Assembly: GCF_003751845.1 (NCBI RefSeq)
Contig: NZ_RJKQ01000002.1
Span: 1,460,668 to 1,524,667 of the forward strand
DNA: 64,000 nt
Source: Enterobacter sp. BIGb0383
GTDB lineage: Bacteria; Pseudomonadota; Gammaproteobacteria; Enterobacterales; Enterobacteriaceae
Direction of reading: 5' to 3'
Shown: positions 10,361 to 24,433 of the stretch, piece after piece
Layout of the letters: each line of letters begins with the position of its first letter
Position numbering within the stretch: position 1 is the first letter of the stretch
The notes under the pieces: model-generated
Databases searched by the model: none
Told to the model about the DNA's origin: nothing
The model's input: the letters and a program-made list of their open reading frames with translations, nothing else
Made by a program: the position numbers and the translations under genes

Positions 10361-11578
10361 TTAGAAGGTCAGGCTAAGCTGTGCCCCGGCCCCCCAGGTT
10401 TCGTTTTCACCCACCAGACCCATCAGGTCGAGATGAACGCGGTTGAACGGCGCAAAGCCAACACCGCCGGTAAAGACGTTGCTGTCGTTGTCTTTAACAT
10501 CCGCACGGTAACCGGCGCGAACGGCAAGCCAGTCCAGGGGGCGCACTTCGGCACCGACGCCAACGTACTGGGAATTCGATTCGCTTTTAAAGCCCTTGGT
10601 TTCGGTCAGATCGCCATCGGCGCTGAGGGTAACCAGGTCATTTTGCCAGGAGACACCGGCGGTGACGACCGGTGAAATCTGGAAGGTATCGCGGAAGCCG
10701 TTGACCACTTTGGTGTCGATATCACGCGAGATCAGGTTGTGCCCGGTCAGGCCGACGCTGAAGTTTTCGCTCAGGTCAGCGGCCACACCGGCATCCACGT
10801 TAAAACCGGTATCGTCGTTACGGTAGCGGCTGTTTCTCAAATCCCCGCTGTCGTAGTTGTAGACCGGCACGCTGTAGTTATAGAGCCAGGTTTTTTGCAG
10901 CTTTGGTGTGACGCCTATCGAAACCGGCACGCCGCCGAAATCAAACTGACGGGCAACGGCAACACCATAGTCAGAAACGATGGCCGCACGACCAAATCCG
11001 GTAGAGTTGAAGTTGTCAGGATCGATACCAATCGCTGCGATCGGGTTAGCTTCAACCAGACGTATCTGGTCAATATCCCCCTGATCGATGTAAGAACTGA
11101 CGTTCGCTCTGGCCCAGGCTTTAGTGACAAACGCCACGGAAAGCACGTCGTTCGGGATACTGACGGCAATACCGCCCGCCGCTTTAGCATGGGCCGTTTT
11201 GCCTTTTAAGGATTCAAGCTTGTCGGCAAGATCGCCCGCTGCCGCTGAGATCTGCGGCAGATTAGGAGGGAAGCCGATGGAGTCGCGATAGCTATTCAGC
11301 GTATTACTGAAATTATCGATTTCGTCTTCCAGATTGTCTTTATCGCTGATCTGCGCACCGATCGCAGGCAGGATCACCGTAATATCATCGTCCGGCTTTG
11401 CCTTTGCCAGTAGTGCGGGGTTAATCAATACGCCACTGCCGTAATGTGCGGAAGCCACCCCCGTGCCCCCCATCGCATCACTGCGCGCCTCTGCCCAGGT
11501 ATTAGCTGCGCCCGCCTGTTGTGCCATAAACAAGGTTGCGCCGATAGTCACAGCCAAAAGTTTGATGTTTGTTTTCAC
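10361..11578 (-). CDS. Outer-membrane beta-barrel protein, TraF_2 (PF13729)-like, 405 aa
   Basis: Signal peptide MKTNIKLLAVTIGATLFMAQQAGAA, Gly/Asp/Asn-rich alternating beta-strand pattern, C-terminal ...LSLTF (terminal Phe); occupies the yjbL-yjbM position of E. coli. Confidence 0.5.
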   Translation of the reverse strand: MKTNIKLLAVTIGATLFMAQQAGAANTWAEARSDAMGGTGVASAHYGSGVLINPALLAKAKPDDDITVILPAIGAQISDKDNLEDEIDNFSNTLNSYRDSIGFPPNLPQISAAAGDLADKLESLKGKTAHAKAAGGIAVSIPNDVLSVAFVTKAWARANVSSYIDQGDIDQIRLVEANPIAAIGIDPDNFNSTGFGRAAIVSDYGVAVARQFDFGGVPVSIGVTPKLQKTWLYNYSVPVYNYDSGDLRNSRYRNDDTGFNVDAGVAADLSENFSVGLTGHNLISRDIDTKVVNGFRDTFQISPVVTAGVSWQNDLVTLSADGDLTETKGFKSESNSQYVGVGAEVRPLDWLAVRAGYRADVKDNDSNVFTGGVGFAPFNRVHLDLMGLVGENETWGAGAQLSLTF

Positions 11579-11913
11579 TGTTCGCCCGTTTTTTTTCAGG
11601 TAATGAATATCCTCTGCCCTTTATCGCTCAAACAGAGGAGAACCGTTGCTGTGAAAAGAGGTGAGAAAAGTCCGCATTTCTCCAGAATGACTACGCAAGC
11701 TTCCGGCTTGTTATAATTGTGACAATCCTCAATATTTATAGAAGAAGATGTTATTTTCGCCCAACTTTTCCATAAGCGTGGGCTAAAAAAATTTGCAGAG
11801 GTATTTCCGGGAGCGATGAATGCGTCGTTCATGCCTTGCCGCCCGAAACTCGGCGTTTAGCGCAGAACATGGTAAAGTGTGGGCACGATCCCCAATGCAA
11901 CCAGAGGCTGCCC

Positions 11914-12429
11914 ATGGATAAGACCACTTCGCAAGAGATGCTGGCGCAGGCTGAACAGCTTTGCGTACAGCGTAATGTGCGCCTGACCCCACAGCGTCTG
12001 GAGGTACTGCGCCTGATGAGCCTGCAGAACGGAGCGATTAGCGCCTACGATCTGCTTGACCTGCTTCGTGAGGCCGAACCGCAGGCAAAACCACCGACCG
12101 TCTACCGGGCGCTGGAGTTTTTGCTCGAACAGGGTTTCGTTCACAAAGTCGAATCCACTAACAGCTACGTGCTGTGTCATCTGTTCGATCAGCCAACCCA
12201 TACCTCGGCCATGTTTATCTGCGACCGCTGCGGCGTCGTTCGGGAAGAGCAGGCGGAAGGCGTGGAGGATATAATGCATTCGCTGGCGGCAAAACTCGGT
12301 TTTGCCCTGCGTCACAACGTGATCGAAGCGCACGGTCTGTGCACCCAGTGTTCAGAAGTGGAAGCCTGTAGCCATCACGATAATTGCCATCACGATCACA
12401 GCATTCAGGTAAAGAAAAAGCCGCGCTAA
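11914..12429 (+). CDS. zur: Zinc uptake regulator Zur (Fur family)
   Basis: 171 aa from ATG 11914 (MDKTTSQEMLAQAEQLCVQRNVRLTPQRLEVLRLM...) collinear with E. coli Zur; AGAGG RBS. Confidence 0.92.
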   Translation: MDKTTSQEMLAQAEQLCVQRNVRLTPQRLEVLRLMSLQNGAISAYDLLDLLREAEPQAKPPTVYRALEFLLEQGFVHKVESTNSYVLCHLFDQPTHTSAMFICDRCGVVREEQAEGVEDIMHSLAAKLGFALRHNVIEAHGLCTQCSEVEACSHHDNCHHDHSIQVKKKPR

Positions 12430-12438
12430 GCGCGGCTT
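12415..12438 (+). terminator. Hairpin at the zur 3' end (stop codon TAA forms the loop)
   Basis: AAGCCGCGC-TAA-GCGCGGCTT perfect 9-bp stem; no strong T-run. Confidence 0.4.
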
Positions 12439-12514
12439 CAGAATGGATTATCTTCCCCCGTAGGGGTGGTACTTCCGTGTACCATGGGTAGAAGCATTCA
12501 TTACGCTGGAAAAA

Positions 12515-12724
12515 CTACCAGCGATAGTTGTTACGGGTTTCCCAGTCGACAACTTCTTTCTCGGCCTGGTCTTTCGCGTAGCCGTAACGTTCCTGAATTT
12601 TCCCGACCAGCTGGTCGCGTTTACCTTCAACAATCGTCATATCGTCGTCGGTTAACTTACCCCACTGTTCTTTCGCTTTACCTTTGAACTGTTTCCAGTT
12701 ACCGCCGATTTCGTCTTTATTCAT
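12515..12724 (-). CDS. yjbJ: Stress-response protein YjbJ (CsbD family), 69 aa
   Basis: MNKDEIGGNWKQFKGKAKEQWGKLTDDDMTIVEGKRDQLVGKIQERYGY near-identical to E. coli YjbJ; GAGGA RBS. Confidence 0.9.
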   Translation of the reverse strand: MNKDEIGGNWKQFKGKAKEQWGKLTDDDMTIVEGKRDQLVGKIQERYGYAKDQAEKEVVDWETRNNYRW

Positions 12725-12956
12725 CGTCAAGTCCTCATCGTTCGGTTGTGATCCGTTTTCCATCAAACCAGTCAGCATGTCGCTGCTGGACTTAATGTTT
12801 ATTGTAGTTAAGGATTTCGGTAAACAGACAATATTCAGAATCTTTAACCATAAACGAAGCGGCAAACGCTGAGGGAACAGGAGCTATCAAGGCGGGGAGA
12901 AGGTGAAGCAAGAGGAAAACGGTGACACCGGACGTGCCACCGGATACGGCAGAGAG

Positions 12957-13571
12957 TTACAGCCAGTCGCCGTTGCGGATAACGCCTACGGCCAGCCCTT
13001 CGATAGAGAAGTTTTGCTCGCGCAGGTCAACAACGATGGGCGAGAATTCGCTGTTTTCAGGCAGTAAATGTACGGTATTGCCCTGTTTTTTCAGACGTTT
13101 TACGGTAACTTCGTCTTCGATGCGCGCCACCACAACCTGGCCATTACGGACATCCTGGGTTTTATGCACCGCCAGCAGGTCGCCATCCATAATACCGATG
13201 TCTCGCATCGACATGCCGCTGACCCGCAGCAGAAAATCCGCATGAGGTTTAAACAGCGCCGCATCAACCTTGTAATGACTTTCGATATGCTGCTGCGCCA
13301 GCAGAGGCTCACCGGCGGCCACGCGGCCAATCAGCGGCAGACCGATGTCTTCTTCCTGCTCAAGCAGCACCCGGATGCCACGGGAAGCGCCGGAGACGAT
13401 TTCAATGACGCCTTTACGCGCCAGTGCTTTGAGGTGCTCTTCCGCCGCATTCGGGGAACGGAAGCCGAGTCGCTGTGCGATTTCCGCACGCGTCGGTGGC
13501 ATGCCCGTCTGGCTGATATGATCCCGAATGAGATCGAACACCTCTTGCTGCCTGGTCGTTAACGCTTTCAT
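12957..13571 (-). CDS. lexA: LexA SOS repressor
   Basis: 204 aa, >90% identical to E. coli LexA; cleavage site A-G and Ser/Lys dyad ([10 protein letters not shown]...KRL) present. Confidence 0.97.
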   Translation of the reverse strand: MKALTTRQQEVFDLIRDHISQTGMPPTRAEIAQRLGFRSPNAAEEHLKALARKGVIEIVSGASRGIRVLLEQEEDIGLPLIGRVAAGEPLLAQQHIESHYKVDAALFKPHADFLLRVSGMSMRDIGIMDGDLLAVHKTQDVRNGQVVVARIEDEVTVKRLKKQGNTVHLLPENSEFSPIVVDLREQNFSIEGLAVGVIRNGDWL

Positions 13572-13579
13572 TCCGCCCC

Positions 13580-13616
13580 CTGAATGGATATACAGTTATG
13601 CTGTGAGTATATACAG
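13580..13616 (-). promoter_or_regulatory. Two SOS boxes (LexA operators) in the lexA promoter
   Basis: Minus-strand CTGTATATACTCACAG (plus 13601-13616) and CTGTATATCCATTCAG (plus 13580-13595), CTGT-N8-ACAG type, same arrangement as E. coli lexA. Confidence 0.85.
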
Positions 13617-13661
13617 TTAAAGGCGACTTTGGAATCATAATTCGCACAAAAAACCAGAGGG

Positions 13662-14027
13662 TTAAAACGCGTTCCACAGTAAAAGAACCCAGGTCATCAC
13701 CGCAACGCCTATCGACAGCAGCACGGCGGCAGAACCCAAATCCTTTGCCCGACCGGACAACTCATGATGCTCAGTCCCGACCCTGTCGACCACCGCCTCA
13801 ATGGCGCTGTTGATGATTTCCACTATCATCACCATCAGGACCGAGCCAATCAGCAGCACCCGGGTAATGGGGTCAACGTCCAGCCAGCAGGCAACAATCA
13901 CGGCAATCAGCGACGCGACAGATTCCTGGCGAAAGGCGGCCTCGTTGACCCAGGCGGCACGAAATCCCTTCCAGGAGTAGCCGGCAGCTTTAATTATTCG
14001 GGTTAACCCAGTGGTATTATTAGCCAT
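13662..14027 (-). CDS. dgkA: Diacylglycerol kinase
   Basis: 121 aa, MANNTTGLTRIIKAAGYSWKG... matches E. coli DgkA. Confidence 0.95.
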   Translation of the reverse strand: MANNTTGLTRIIKAAGYSWKGFRAAWVNEAAFRQESVASLIAVIVACWLDVDPITRVLLIGSVLMVMIVEIINSAIEAVVDRVGTEHHELSGRAKDLGSAAVLLSIGVAVMTWVLLLWNAF

Positions 14028-14156
14028 GAAAAAGAACCTTTTTACGTAATTAGCGTCAATGTCTGTACAGGTCGAGTGCGGTACAAAGATATTCTGTGCA
14101 CTTTCTGATATTCTTGCCGCGCATTTGCATTATTAACCAGAGGCTTTACATCGTTT

Positions 14157-16580
14157 ATGTCTGGCTGGCCACGAATTTACTACAAATTACTTAATTTACC
14201 ATTAAGCATATTGGTAAAAAGCAAGTCTATCCCTGCTGAACCTGCGCAGGAGCTGGGGCTTGATACCTCACGCCCGATTATGTACGTCTTACCGTACAAT
14301 TCGAAGGCGGACTTGCTGACCCTGCGCGCCCAGTGCCTGGCGCATGATTTGCCCGACCCGCTTGAACCGCTGGAAGTCGACGGCACCCTGCTGCCGCGCT
14401 ATGTCTTTATCCACGGCGGTCCGCGCGTGTTTACCTACTACACGCCGAAAGAAGAGTCGATCAAGCTGTTCCACGACTACCTTGACCTGCATCGCAATCA
14501 TCCGGATCTGGATGTGCAGATGGTGCCGGTTTCCATCATGTTCGGCCGCTCTCCGGGCCGGGAAAAAGGCGACGTCAACCCGCCGCTGCGGATGCTTAAC
14601 GGCGTACAGAAATTCTTCGCCGTCTCCTGGCTTGGCCGCGACAGCTTCGTGCGTTTTTCGCCGCCGGTTTCGCTGCGTAAAATGGCGACCGAGCACGGCA
14701 CCGACAAAATCATCGCGCAAAAACTGGCTCGCGTAGCGCGTATGCACTTCGCCCGTCAGCGTCTTGCCGCCGTCGGTCCGCGCCTGCCTGCCCGCCAGGA
14801 CCTGTTTAATAAGCTGCTGGCGTCGAAAGCCATCGCCCGTGCGGTAGAAGACGAAGCGCGCAGCAAAAAAATCTCTCATGAAAAGGCACAGCAGAACGCT
14901 ATCGCCCTGATGGAAGAGATCGCCGCTAACTTCTCTTACGAGATGATCCGCCTGACCGACCGTATTCTGGGCTTTACCTGGAACCGGCTCTATCAGGGGA
15001 TTAACGTGCATAACGCAGAGCGCGTGCGCCAGCTGGCCCATGACGGTCATGAGATCGTCTATGTTCCCTGCCACCGCAGTCATATGGACTATATGCTGCT
15101 GTCGTATGTGCTCTATCATCAGGGGCTGGTTCCGCCGCATATCGCCGCCGGTATCAACCTGAACTTCTGGCCAGCCGGCCCGATTTTCCGCCGCCTGGGC
15201 GCGTTCTTCATTCGCCGTAGCTTTAAAGGCAACAAGCTCTACTCTACCGTGTTCCGCGAATACCTCGGCGAGCTGTTCAGCCGCGGCTACTCCGTCGAAT
15301 ACTTTGTCGAAGGCGGGCGCTCGCGCACCGGTCGACTGCTGGATCCGAAAACCGGCACCCTGTCGATGACCATCCAGGCCATGCTGCGCGGCGGTACCCG
15401 CCCTATCACGCTGGTGCCGATCTATATCGGTTATGAGCACGTGATGGAAGTCGGCACCTACGCCAAAGAGCTGCGCGGAGCGACCAAAGAGAAAGAGAGC
15501 TTCCTGCAGATGGTGCGCGGCTTAAGCAAGCTGCGTAACCTCGGCCAGGGCTACGTTAACTTCGGCGAACCGATGCCGCTGATGGCGTATCTGAACCATC
15601 ATGTCCCGGAGTGGCGCGAATCCATCGACCCGATTGAAGCCATTCGCCCGGCCTGGTTAACGCCTACCGTTAACCGTATCGCCGCCGATTTGATGGTGCG
15701 CATCAACAACGCAGGCGCGGCCAACGCCATGAACCTGTGCTGTACCGCGCTGCTGGCCTCTCGCCAGCGTTCTCTGACGCGTGAGCAGTTGACCGAACAG
15801 CTGAACTGTTACCTGGAGCTGATGCGCAACGTGCCTTACGCGGCAGACGCCACGGCACCGACCGCCAGCGCCGATCAGCTGATCGATCATGCCCTGCAGA
15901 TGAACAAGTTTGAGGTTGAGCAGGATACCATCGGCGAGATCATCGTTCTGCCGCGTGAGCAGGCGGTTCTGATGACCTACTACCGCAACAATATCGCCCA
16001 TATGCTGATGCTGCCGTCCTTGATGGCGGCGATTGTCACCCAGTATCGGGCGATCTCCCGCCAGCAGATACTCAGCCATATTGAGCAGCTGTATCCGATG
16101 CTGAAGGCCGAGCTGTTCCTGCGCTGGGACAAGAGCGAGCTGCCGGCGGTGATTGATGCGCTGACCGAAGAGATGCTACGTCAGGGGCTGGTGTCCGTCC
16201 GCGATGATGAGCTACGCGTTAATCCGGCCCATTCACGTACCCTGCAGCTGCTGGCCGCAGGCGCACGTGAAACCCTGCAGCGCTACGCCATCACCTTCTG
16301 GCTGCTGAGCGCGAACCCGTCGATGAACCGCAGCACCCTTGAGAAAGAAAGCCGCACGGTCGCACAGCGCCTGTCGGTGCTGCACGGTATCAACGCGCCG
16401 GAGTTCTTTGATAAAGCGGTCTTCAGCACCCTGGTGCTGACCCTGCGTGACGAAGGCTTTATCAGCGATACCGGCGATGCCGAACCGGGTGAAACCATGA
16501 GGGTATATCAGATGCTGGCCGAGCTGGTGACGTCTGATGTGCGCCTGACCATCGAGAGTGCCACCCAGGCAGAAGAGTAA
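14157..16580 (+). CDS. plsB: Glycerol-3-phosphate acyltransferase PlsB
   Basis: 807 aa, [27 protein letters not shown]...; HXXXXD motif CHRSHMDY; same length as E. coli PlsB. Confidence 0.97.
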   Translation: MSGWPRIYYKLLNLPLSILVKSKSIPAEPAQELGLDTSRPIMYVLPYNSKADLLTLRAQCLAHDLPDPLEPLEVDGTLLPRYVFIHGGPRVFTYYTPKEESIKLFHDYLDLHRNHPDLDVQMVPVSIMFGRSPGREKGDVNPPLRMLNGVQKFFAVSWLGRDSFVRFSPPVSLRKMATEHGTDKIIAQKLARVARMHFARQRLAAVGPRLPARQDLFNKLLASKAIARAVEDEARSKKISHEKAQQNAIALMEEIAANFSYEMIRLTDRILGFTWNRLYQGINVHNAERVRQLAHDGHEIVYVPCHRSHMDYMLLSYVLYHQGLVPPHIAAGINLNFWPAGPIFRRLGAFFIRRSFKGNKLYSTVFREYLGELFSRGYSVEYFVEGGRSRTGRLLDPKTGTLSMTIQAMLRGGTRPITLVPIYIGYEHVMEVGTYAKELRGATKEKESFLQMVRGLSKLRNLGQGYVNFGEPMPLMAYLNHHVPEWRESIDPIEAIRPAWLTPTVNRIAADLMVRINNAGAANAMNLCCTALLASRQRSLTREQLTEQLNCYLELMRNVPYAADATAPTASADQLIDHALQMNKFEVEQDTIGEIIVLPREQAVLMTYYRNNIAHMLMLPSLMAAIVTQYRAISRQQILSHIEQLYPMLKAELFLRWDKSELPAVIDALTEEMLRQGLVSVRDDELRVNPAHSRTLQLLAAGARETLQRYAITFWLLSANPSMNRSTLEKESRTVAQRLSVLHGINAPEFFDKAVFSTLVLTLRDEGFISDTGDAEPGETMRVYQMLAELVTSDVRLTIESATQAEE

Positions 16581-16585
16581 AAAAA

Positions 16586-16619
16586 GGGGCGGGTCGTTAC
16601 GAACCCGCCCTTTTCTTTT
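16586..16619. terminator. Bidirectional rho-independent terminator between plsB and the convergent DKNYY gene
   Basis: GGGCGGGT-CGTTACGA-ACCCGCCC hairpin followed by TTTTCTTTTC. Confidence 0.75.
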
Positions 16620-16628
16620 CGATAGGGC

Positions 16629-17582
16629 TTACAGCTTATTACATGTCGGCTCGTCATTGGTTTGCGACGAGGTACATTCCCAGCTGTTAACGCCGTCAGT
16701 AATTTTTTTCCCGTCCATTGTCTCCTTCCAGCTGACTTTCCCGGCATTGATTCCGGTCAGCAGCGTGGCTTCAATACCCACAAACCAGACATGCTTGCCG
16801 TCACTCAGAATATTTTCAGCAAGCGGTTTGATCGCCCGTACATTTACACCTGCCGGGATAACGGCCTGCGGTGGTTTGCCACCGGCGTAAAAACCGTGCT
16901 TATCTGCGGCAGTACTGAATGAAAAACAGGTAAAGCTTTCACTGTCGACATCAGGACGAGGCTTACCTTCATAGTGCATCGTGCCATCGACATTTCCCCA
17001 GCCATAGCATGGCGCATAGGCACTGGCGCTACGCTTATACGGCAGGATCACATCTTCACTGGCCATAAAATAGTAGTGATTTTTATCTTTGGCCTGATTA
17101 CGCGCCAGGGTCTCAAAGCTGGCGCCATCAGCGTCCTTTATGCGCTCACCCGTCACGGTGAGTACAACTTTGCCGTCGCTATAGAAAGGGAAGTCGAGCG
17201 CTGCAAACTTCCCGGCATCGAGGGAGTAATCCAGCGGTTTACAATCGGCCCAGGCCTTGCCCTCAAAGAGCACAAAGTCGTCGACCATCCGGGCAGAGGC
17301 AGGATCGAATCCCGCCGGTAATTTTACCGCATTGCAGTAGTAATTATTGCCGGAGCGCGCCACGGCGGTGCTTCCTTCGCGATAGAGGATCTTAAAATCT
17401 CCGGACTCGGCATAGGGTACCAGCTCGGGATCGACATTGCTGGAAGGCTGGTATACCACGATATCACCCGCGGCCTTATAGGGAGGCTTGACGTTATCGT
17501 CTTCTGCGGCAAACGCATGCTGTGCGGTGAGTAACGTAAAGGCACCCAGCGTCAAAGCGCGGGCGAAAGGGGAAGTGCTCAT
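16629..17582 (-). CDS. Secreted DKNYY-repeat family protein (PF13644-like), 317 aa
   Basis: ATG 17582 gives signal peptide MSTSPFARALTLGAFTLLTAQHAFA; repeated ...ADGASFETL...AKDKNHYYF / DKHGFYAGGK / DGKHVWFVG units typical of the DKNYY family; not present between plsB and ubiA in E. coli. Confidence 0.55.
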   Translation of the reverse strand: MSTSPFARALTLGAFTLLTAQHAFAAEDDNVKPPYKAAGDIVVYQPSSNVDPELVPYAESGDFKILYREGSTAVARSGNNYYCNAVKLPAGFDPASARMVDDFVLFEGKAWADCKPLDYSLDAGKFAALDFPFYSDGKVVLTVTGERIKDADGASFETLARNQAKDKNHYYFMASEDVILPYKRSASAYAPCYGWGNVDGTMHYEGKPRPDVDSESFTCFSFSTAADKHGFYAGGKPPQAVIPAGVNVRAIKPLAENILSDGKHVWFVGIEATLLTGINAGKVSWKETMDGKKITDGVNSWECTSSQTNDEPTCNKL

Positions 17583-17732
17583 TGAATGTCCTTTTCTGTG
17601 TTGAGGCGATGACTGCGCCGTTTGATATTGAGCTGATTTTAAACAATAAGCGCAAAAAACCACACTATCAGGATGGGTAGTATGAACAAAGGAAGGCTGG
17701 GGCCGCAGAGGAGCAGCCCCGAGAATCAATAA

Positions 17733-18602
17733 TTAGTGCAGATAACTTATCGCCAGGCCGAGGAATAGCACCAGGCCCACGTAGTTATTATTCATAAAGG
17801 CTTTAAAGCAGGCGTCACGCTCGCGTCCGGCAATCAGCTTCTGCTGCCAGATAAACAGCGCCCCGGCGACCGCGACAGCCGCGTAAAATATCCCACCCAG
17901 CGCGTTCAGCCAGCCCACCAGCACCATCAGGACCAGTACCGCCAGTTGAAGAATGCCGATGATAAGCTTGTCGTAGCGACCAAAGAGGATTGCCGTCGAT
18001 TTGACGCCGATCTTCAGATCGTCGTCGCGATCGACCATCGCATATTCCGTATCGTAGGCAACGGCCCACAGAATATTGGTCAGAAACAGCAGCCAGCAGC
18101 TCAGCGGCACGGTTTCACCCACCGCCGCAAAGGCCATCGGAATCGACCAGCCAAACGCCGCGCCCAGCACCACCTGCGGCAAATGGGTGTAGCGTTTCAT
18201 AAACGGATAAACCCAGGCCAGCGCCAGCGCCGCGACGGAGAGCAGGATGGTCATGGTATTGAGAGTCAGCACCAGCAGAAATGACAGCACCACCAGCAGC
18301 ACAAACAGGTTGCGTGCCTCTTTTTCCGTTACCGCGCCGCTGGGCATTGGCCGATTGGCGGTACGCTTCACATGGCCGTCAATCTTGCGATCCGCATAGT
18401 CATTGACCACGCAGCCCGCCGCGCGCATCAGCCAGACGCCCGCCACAAATACGACCAGGATCCACACCGGCGGCACGCCAGATGTTGCCAGCCAGAGCGC
18501 CCACAGCGTCGGCCACAGCAGCAAAAAGGTGCCAATCGGCTTATCCGTACGCATCAGGCGGTGATACGCCAACAGCTTGTTCTGCGTCAGACTCCACTCC
18601 AT
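17733..18602 (-). CDS. ubiA: 4-hydroxybenzoate octaprenyltransferase
   Basis: 289 aa, [24 protein letters not shown]...[15 protein letters not shown]; near-identical to E. coli UbiA. Confidence 0.96.
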   Translation of the reverse strand: MEWSLTQNKLLAYHRLMRTDKPIGTFLLLWPTLWALWLATSGVPPVWILVVFVAGVWLMRAAGCVVNDYADRKIDGHVKRTANRPMPSGAVTEKEARNLFVLLVVLSFLLVLTLNTMTILLSVAALALAWVYPFMKRYTHLPQVVLGAAFGWSIPMAFAAVGETVPLSCWLLFLTNILWAVAYDTEYAMVDRDDDLKIGVKSTAILFGRYDKLIIGILQLAVLVLMVLVGWLNALGGIFYAAVAVAGALFIWQQKLIAGRERDACFKAFMNNNYVGLVLFLGLAISYLH

Positions 18603-18615
18603 TTTCTTCTTCCTC

Positions 18616-19113
18616 TCAGTACAACGGCGACGCGGGTAAAAACAGTTCGGTCAGCAGCAGCGGTTTACCGCTCAGCCGTAGACGGGAACGTCGTCCCCAC
18701 AGCTCGCCCTCGCGGCCAATCTCAATAAAATCCCGGGTTAACGTGGAGGCAGTAAAAAGATAGCGCCCCAGCGGCGTTTTTCCCAGCTGTTGCAGCGCCA
18801 GTTCGGGGCCGGAAAGCGTTGAGGCTGGCACCAGGGTACGCCCGGCCAGCCAGGGCACATCGTCGGCACACAGGATAATTTCCCGTAGCCAGTATCGCGG
18901 CTCATCGGGAAGCAGCGCCAGCGCTTCCGTCGCCTCATCGCGGGTCACAAACCCTTCCTGCACCACCGTCACGCTAACCCGTTTCCCCTGCTGCTCAAAC
19001 CGTTTGGTCATTGAGTCCTCCAGCAACAGCCACTCCAGCAATTGCGGATCCAGGTCGGGGACAACATCAAAATAGCGTAGCGCGCGCAGCTGCTTAAGCG
19101 CAGGGTGTGACAT
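18616..19113 (-). CDS. ubiC: Chorismate pyruvate-lyase
   Basis: 165 aa from ATG 19113 ([15 protein letters not shown]...) collinear with E. coli UbiC; the ORF-track N-terminal extension has no homology. Confidence 0.92.
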   Translation of the reverse strand: MSHPALKQLRALRYFDVVPDLDPQLLEWLLLEDSMTKRFEQQGKRVSVTVVQEGFVTRDEATEALALLPDEPRYWLREIILCADDVPWLAGRTLVPASTLSGPELALQQLGKTPLGRYLFTASTLTRDFIEIGREGELWGRRSRLRLSGKPLLLTELFLPASPLY

Positions 19114-19302
19114 CGATGACTCTCCGGAACATAAGGTAACAGCATTGTATCGCAGAAAAGCCTGAGTGGGTGCGGGCAAACGTCGATTGGCGATCAAAAG
19201 CGCAACAGAGATGCAACAGCGGGGTCGGAAAGAGGAAAAAAGATGCGCCACACCGGGCGCACCGAAAGGCCAGAGCCTGAAAATCAGCACTGCGGGGAGA
19301 GT

Positions 19303-20214
19303 TTACCCCTTGCCTTTTACACTGCTGATAAATGTCGAACGGGCAGAGGTTGAGCCCAGGCGCTCGGCTTCATTCAGCAATTTCAGGGCCTTATCAATAT
19401 CGCCGCTGCTGGCGGCCTGCTTAATCGCCTGGTTGAAATAGCTTTCGGTATCGTTGAGCACCGGCGCAGGCTTCGAGGCCGGCGCAGGCGCAGCCACCGG
19501 AGCAGCAGTATTGCCCACGGTCACCGGCCCCGGTGCGGAAGAGCCAAAGAGCGGCCCCACCAGCACGCTTGAGCTGCTGCTGGCTTTCACTTTCAGCGTC
19601 AGCACGCCGTCGGTGACATGGCGGGCCAGCGGATCGGGAATGTCCGGTACCGCGTTTCCTGCGCCCTGAGCATAGGCTTTGGCCGGGTCAATCAGGGTCG
19701 TGGTCTGCTGTAAATCCTTGTCGGTGGTAAACGCCAGCACATAGATTTTTTGCTGCCCCAGGGCTGGAGTCATACGCATCACCCCTTCCAGACGGTCAGC
19801 ATTCATCACGCCGGGCTGCTGGTAAGTGAAATAGCTGGCGGGGAAAAAGGCCGCCGGATGCATATTCTCATCGAGAATCAGTACGTTGGGCGCAAAGACC
19901 TGGCTACGTTTCTGAACCTCGCTGGCAAGCGTGAGGGTCAGCTCGCCAATATTGGCGGGCACGCTCCAGGCGGCGACAGGCCCGGTTATGCCGGAGATAT
20001 CCAGCCGCTGACCAGCAGTGGCTAAATTCGCCGTCTGGCTACGGGATTGATCGGCCGGGGTCCAGGTCAGCTGCTGTAGCGCCGCAGCCGGAATCGCGGG
20101 CGCCGCGCTGGTATTCTGCGGCACGATATTAACGTCGGCGAGGCTGGCGATGGGCACGACGGCCAGCAGGCTCGCAGACAAACAGAGAGCAACGAGACGT
20201 TTTTTCATTTTCAT
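19303..20214 (-). CDS. malM: Maltose operon periplasmic protein MalM
   Basis: ATG 20214 (MKMKKRLVALCLSASLLAV...) aligns with E. coli MalM MKMNKSLIVLCLSAGLLAS; C-terminus ...STFISSVKGKG identical. Confidence 0.93.
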   Translation of the reverse strand: MKMKKRLVALCLSASLLAVVPIASLADVNIVPQNTSAAPAIPAAALQQLTWTPADQSRSQTANLATAGQRLDISGITGPVAAWSVPANIGELTLTLASEVQKRSQVFAPNVLILDENMHPAAFFPASYFTYQQPGVMNADRLEGVMRMTPALGQQKIYVLAFTTDKDLQQTTTLIDPAKAYAQGAGNAVPDIPDPLARHVTDGVLTLKVKASSSSSVLVGPLFGSSAPGPVTVGNTAAPVAAPAPASKPAPVLNDTESYFNQAIKQAASSGDIDKALKLLNEAERLGSTSARSTFISSVKGKG

Positions 20215-20313
20215 TGTTATCACCCTTAATAGCGCGGGGGCAGCGGTAGCCAGGCAATAGCGCGCGCCTCCCGGAAATGAGGGGCTTACGCCCCTCTCTC
20301 GGTTAAACGTGTC

Positions 20314-22801
<2,488 letters not shown>

Positions 22802-23171
22802 GCCTTTCTCCCTTCGTGACAACCTGTCGTCGACAGAAACTTTCAAGATGGGCCGACTATGGGCGATTGTCCGGCCGGGCAAATCCTCCGCCCCGGGGTT
22901 TTTAATGGGGGAGGAGACGGGAGGATGACGGCACGGGCTCTGCCACCGGCTCGGATGTTGACGGGGGAGTTTCGTGATGGGAGTGGCAAAAATGGCCGCG
23001 TATTTCTGTGCGCTGATACGCATAACTCCCCGTTATGCAACGGAGATCACATAAACAGGCGGTGGGGCGTAGGGTTCAGGAGGATGGAAAGGGCTTGCGA
23101 AATCCGCAAACTGGGTAACGTTAAGCACTCCCTGTGTATCCACGAGCACATCACCAAGAAGGACGGGATAA
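22802..23171. promoter_or_regulatory. Divergent malK-lamB-malM / malEFG control region with MalT boxes and a candidate CRP site
   Basis: GGAGGATGA at ~22919-22927 and CAGGAGGATGGAAAG at 23077-23091 match the MalT-box core GGA(T/G)GA; the proximal block is almost identical to the E. coli malEp sequence caggaggatggaaagagg...cacgagcac.tcaccaa.aaggac; TGTGCgctgatACGCA (~23004-23019) is CRP-like. Confidence 0.6.
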
Positions 23172-24362
<1,191 letters not shown>

Positions 24363-24375
24363 TCATATGTTGTTC

Positions 24376-24398
24376 CCCCGCCTTCCCGTAAGGCGGGG
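24376..24398 (+). repeat. malE-malF intergenic stable hairpin (REP-like mRNA stabiliser position)
   Basis: CCCCGCCTT-CCCGT-AAGGCGGGG perfect 9-bp stem in the 71-nt malE-malF spacer, where E. coli carries REP elements. Confidence 0.5.
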
Positions 24399-24433
24399 TG
24401 AGGATTGTTAAATCGCGGTAGAGGATTATCCCC

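Noticed and set aside
11596-11832. 78-aa ORF in the divergent OMP/zur intergenic region
   Set aside because: It overlaps the promoter region, has no RBS or homology, and a low-complexity composition. It is likely non-coding.
14289-15440. Long antisense ORFs inside known genes (e.g. 14289..15440 within plsB, 24908..26164 within malF/malG, 35769..37325 within pgi, 31825..32844 within yjbH, 51907..53064 within metH, 57386..58273 within aceK, 20755..21663 within lamB, 8540..9301 within dusA, 37985..38758 within lysC)
   Set aside because: These are shadow ORFs typical of high-GC coding DNA. The opposite strand encodes near-identical copies of well-known proteins over the full length, and the antisense translations are low-complexity and Arg/His/Gly-rich.
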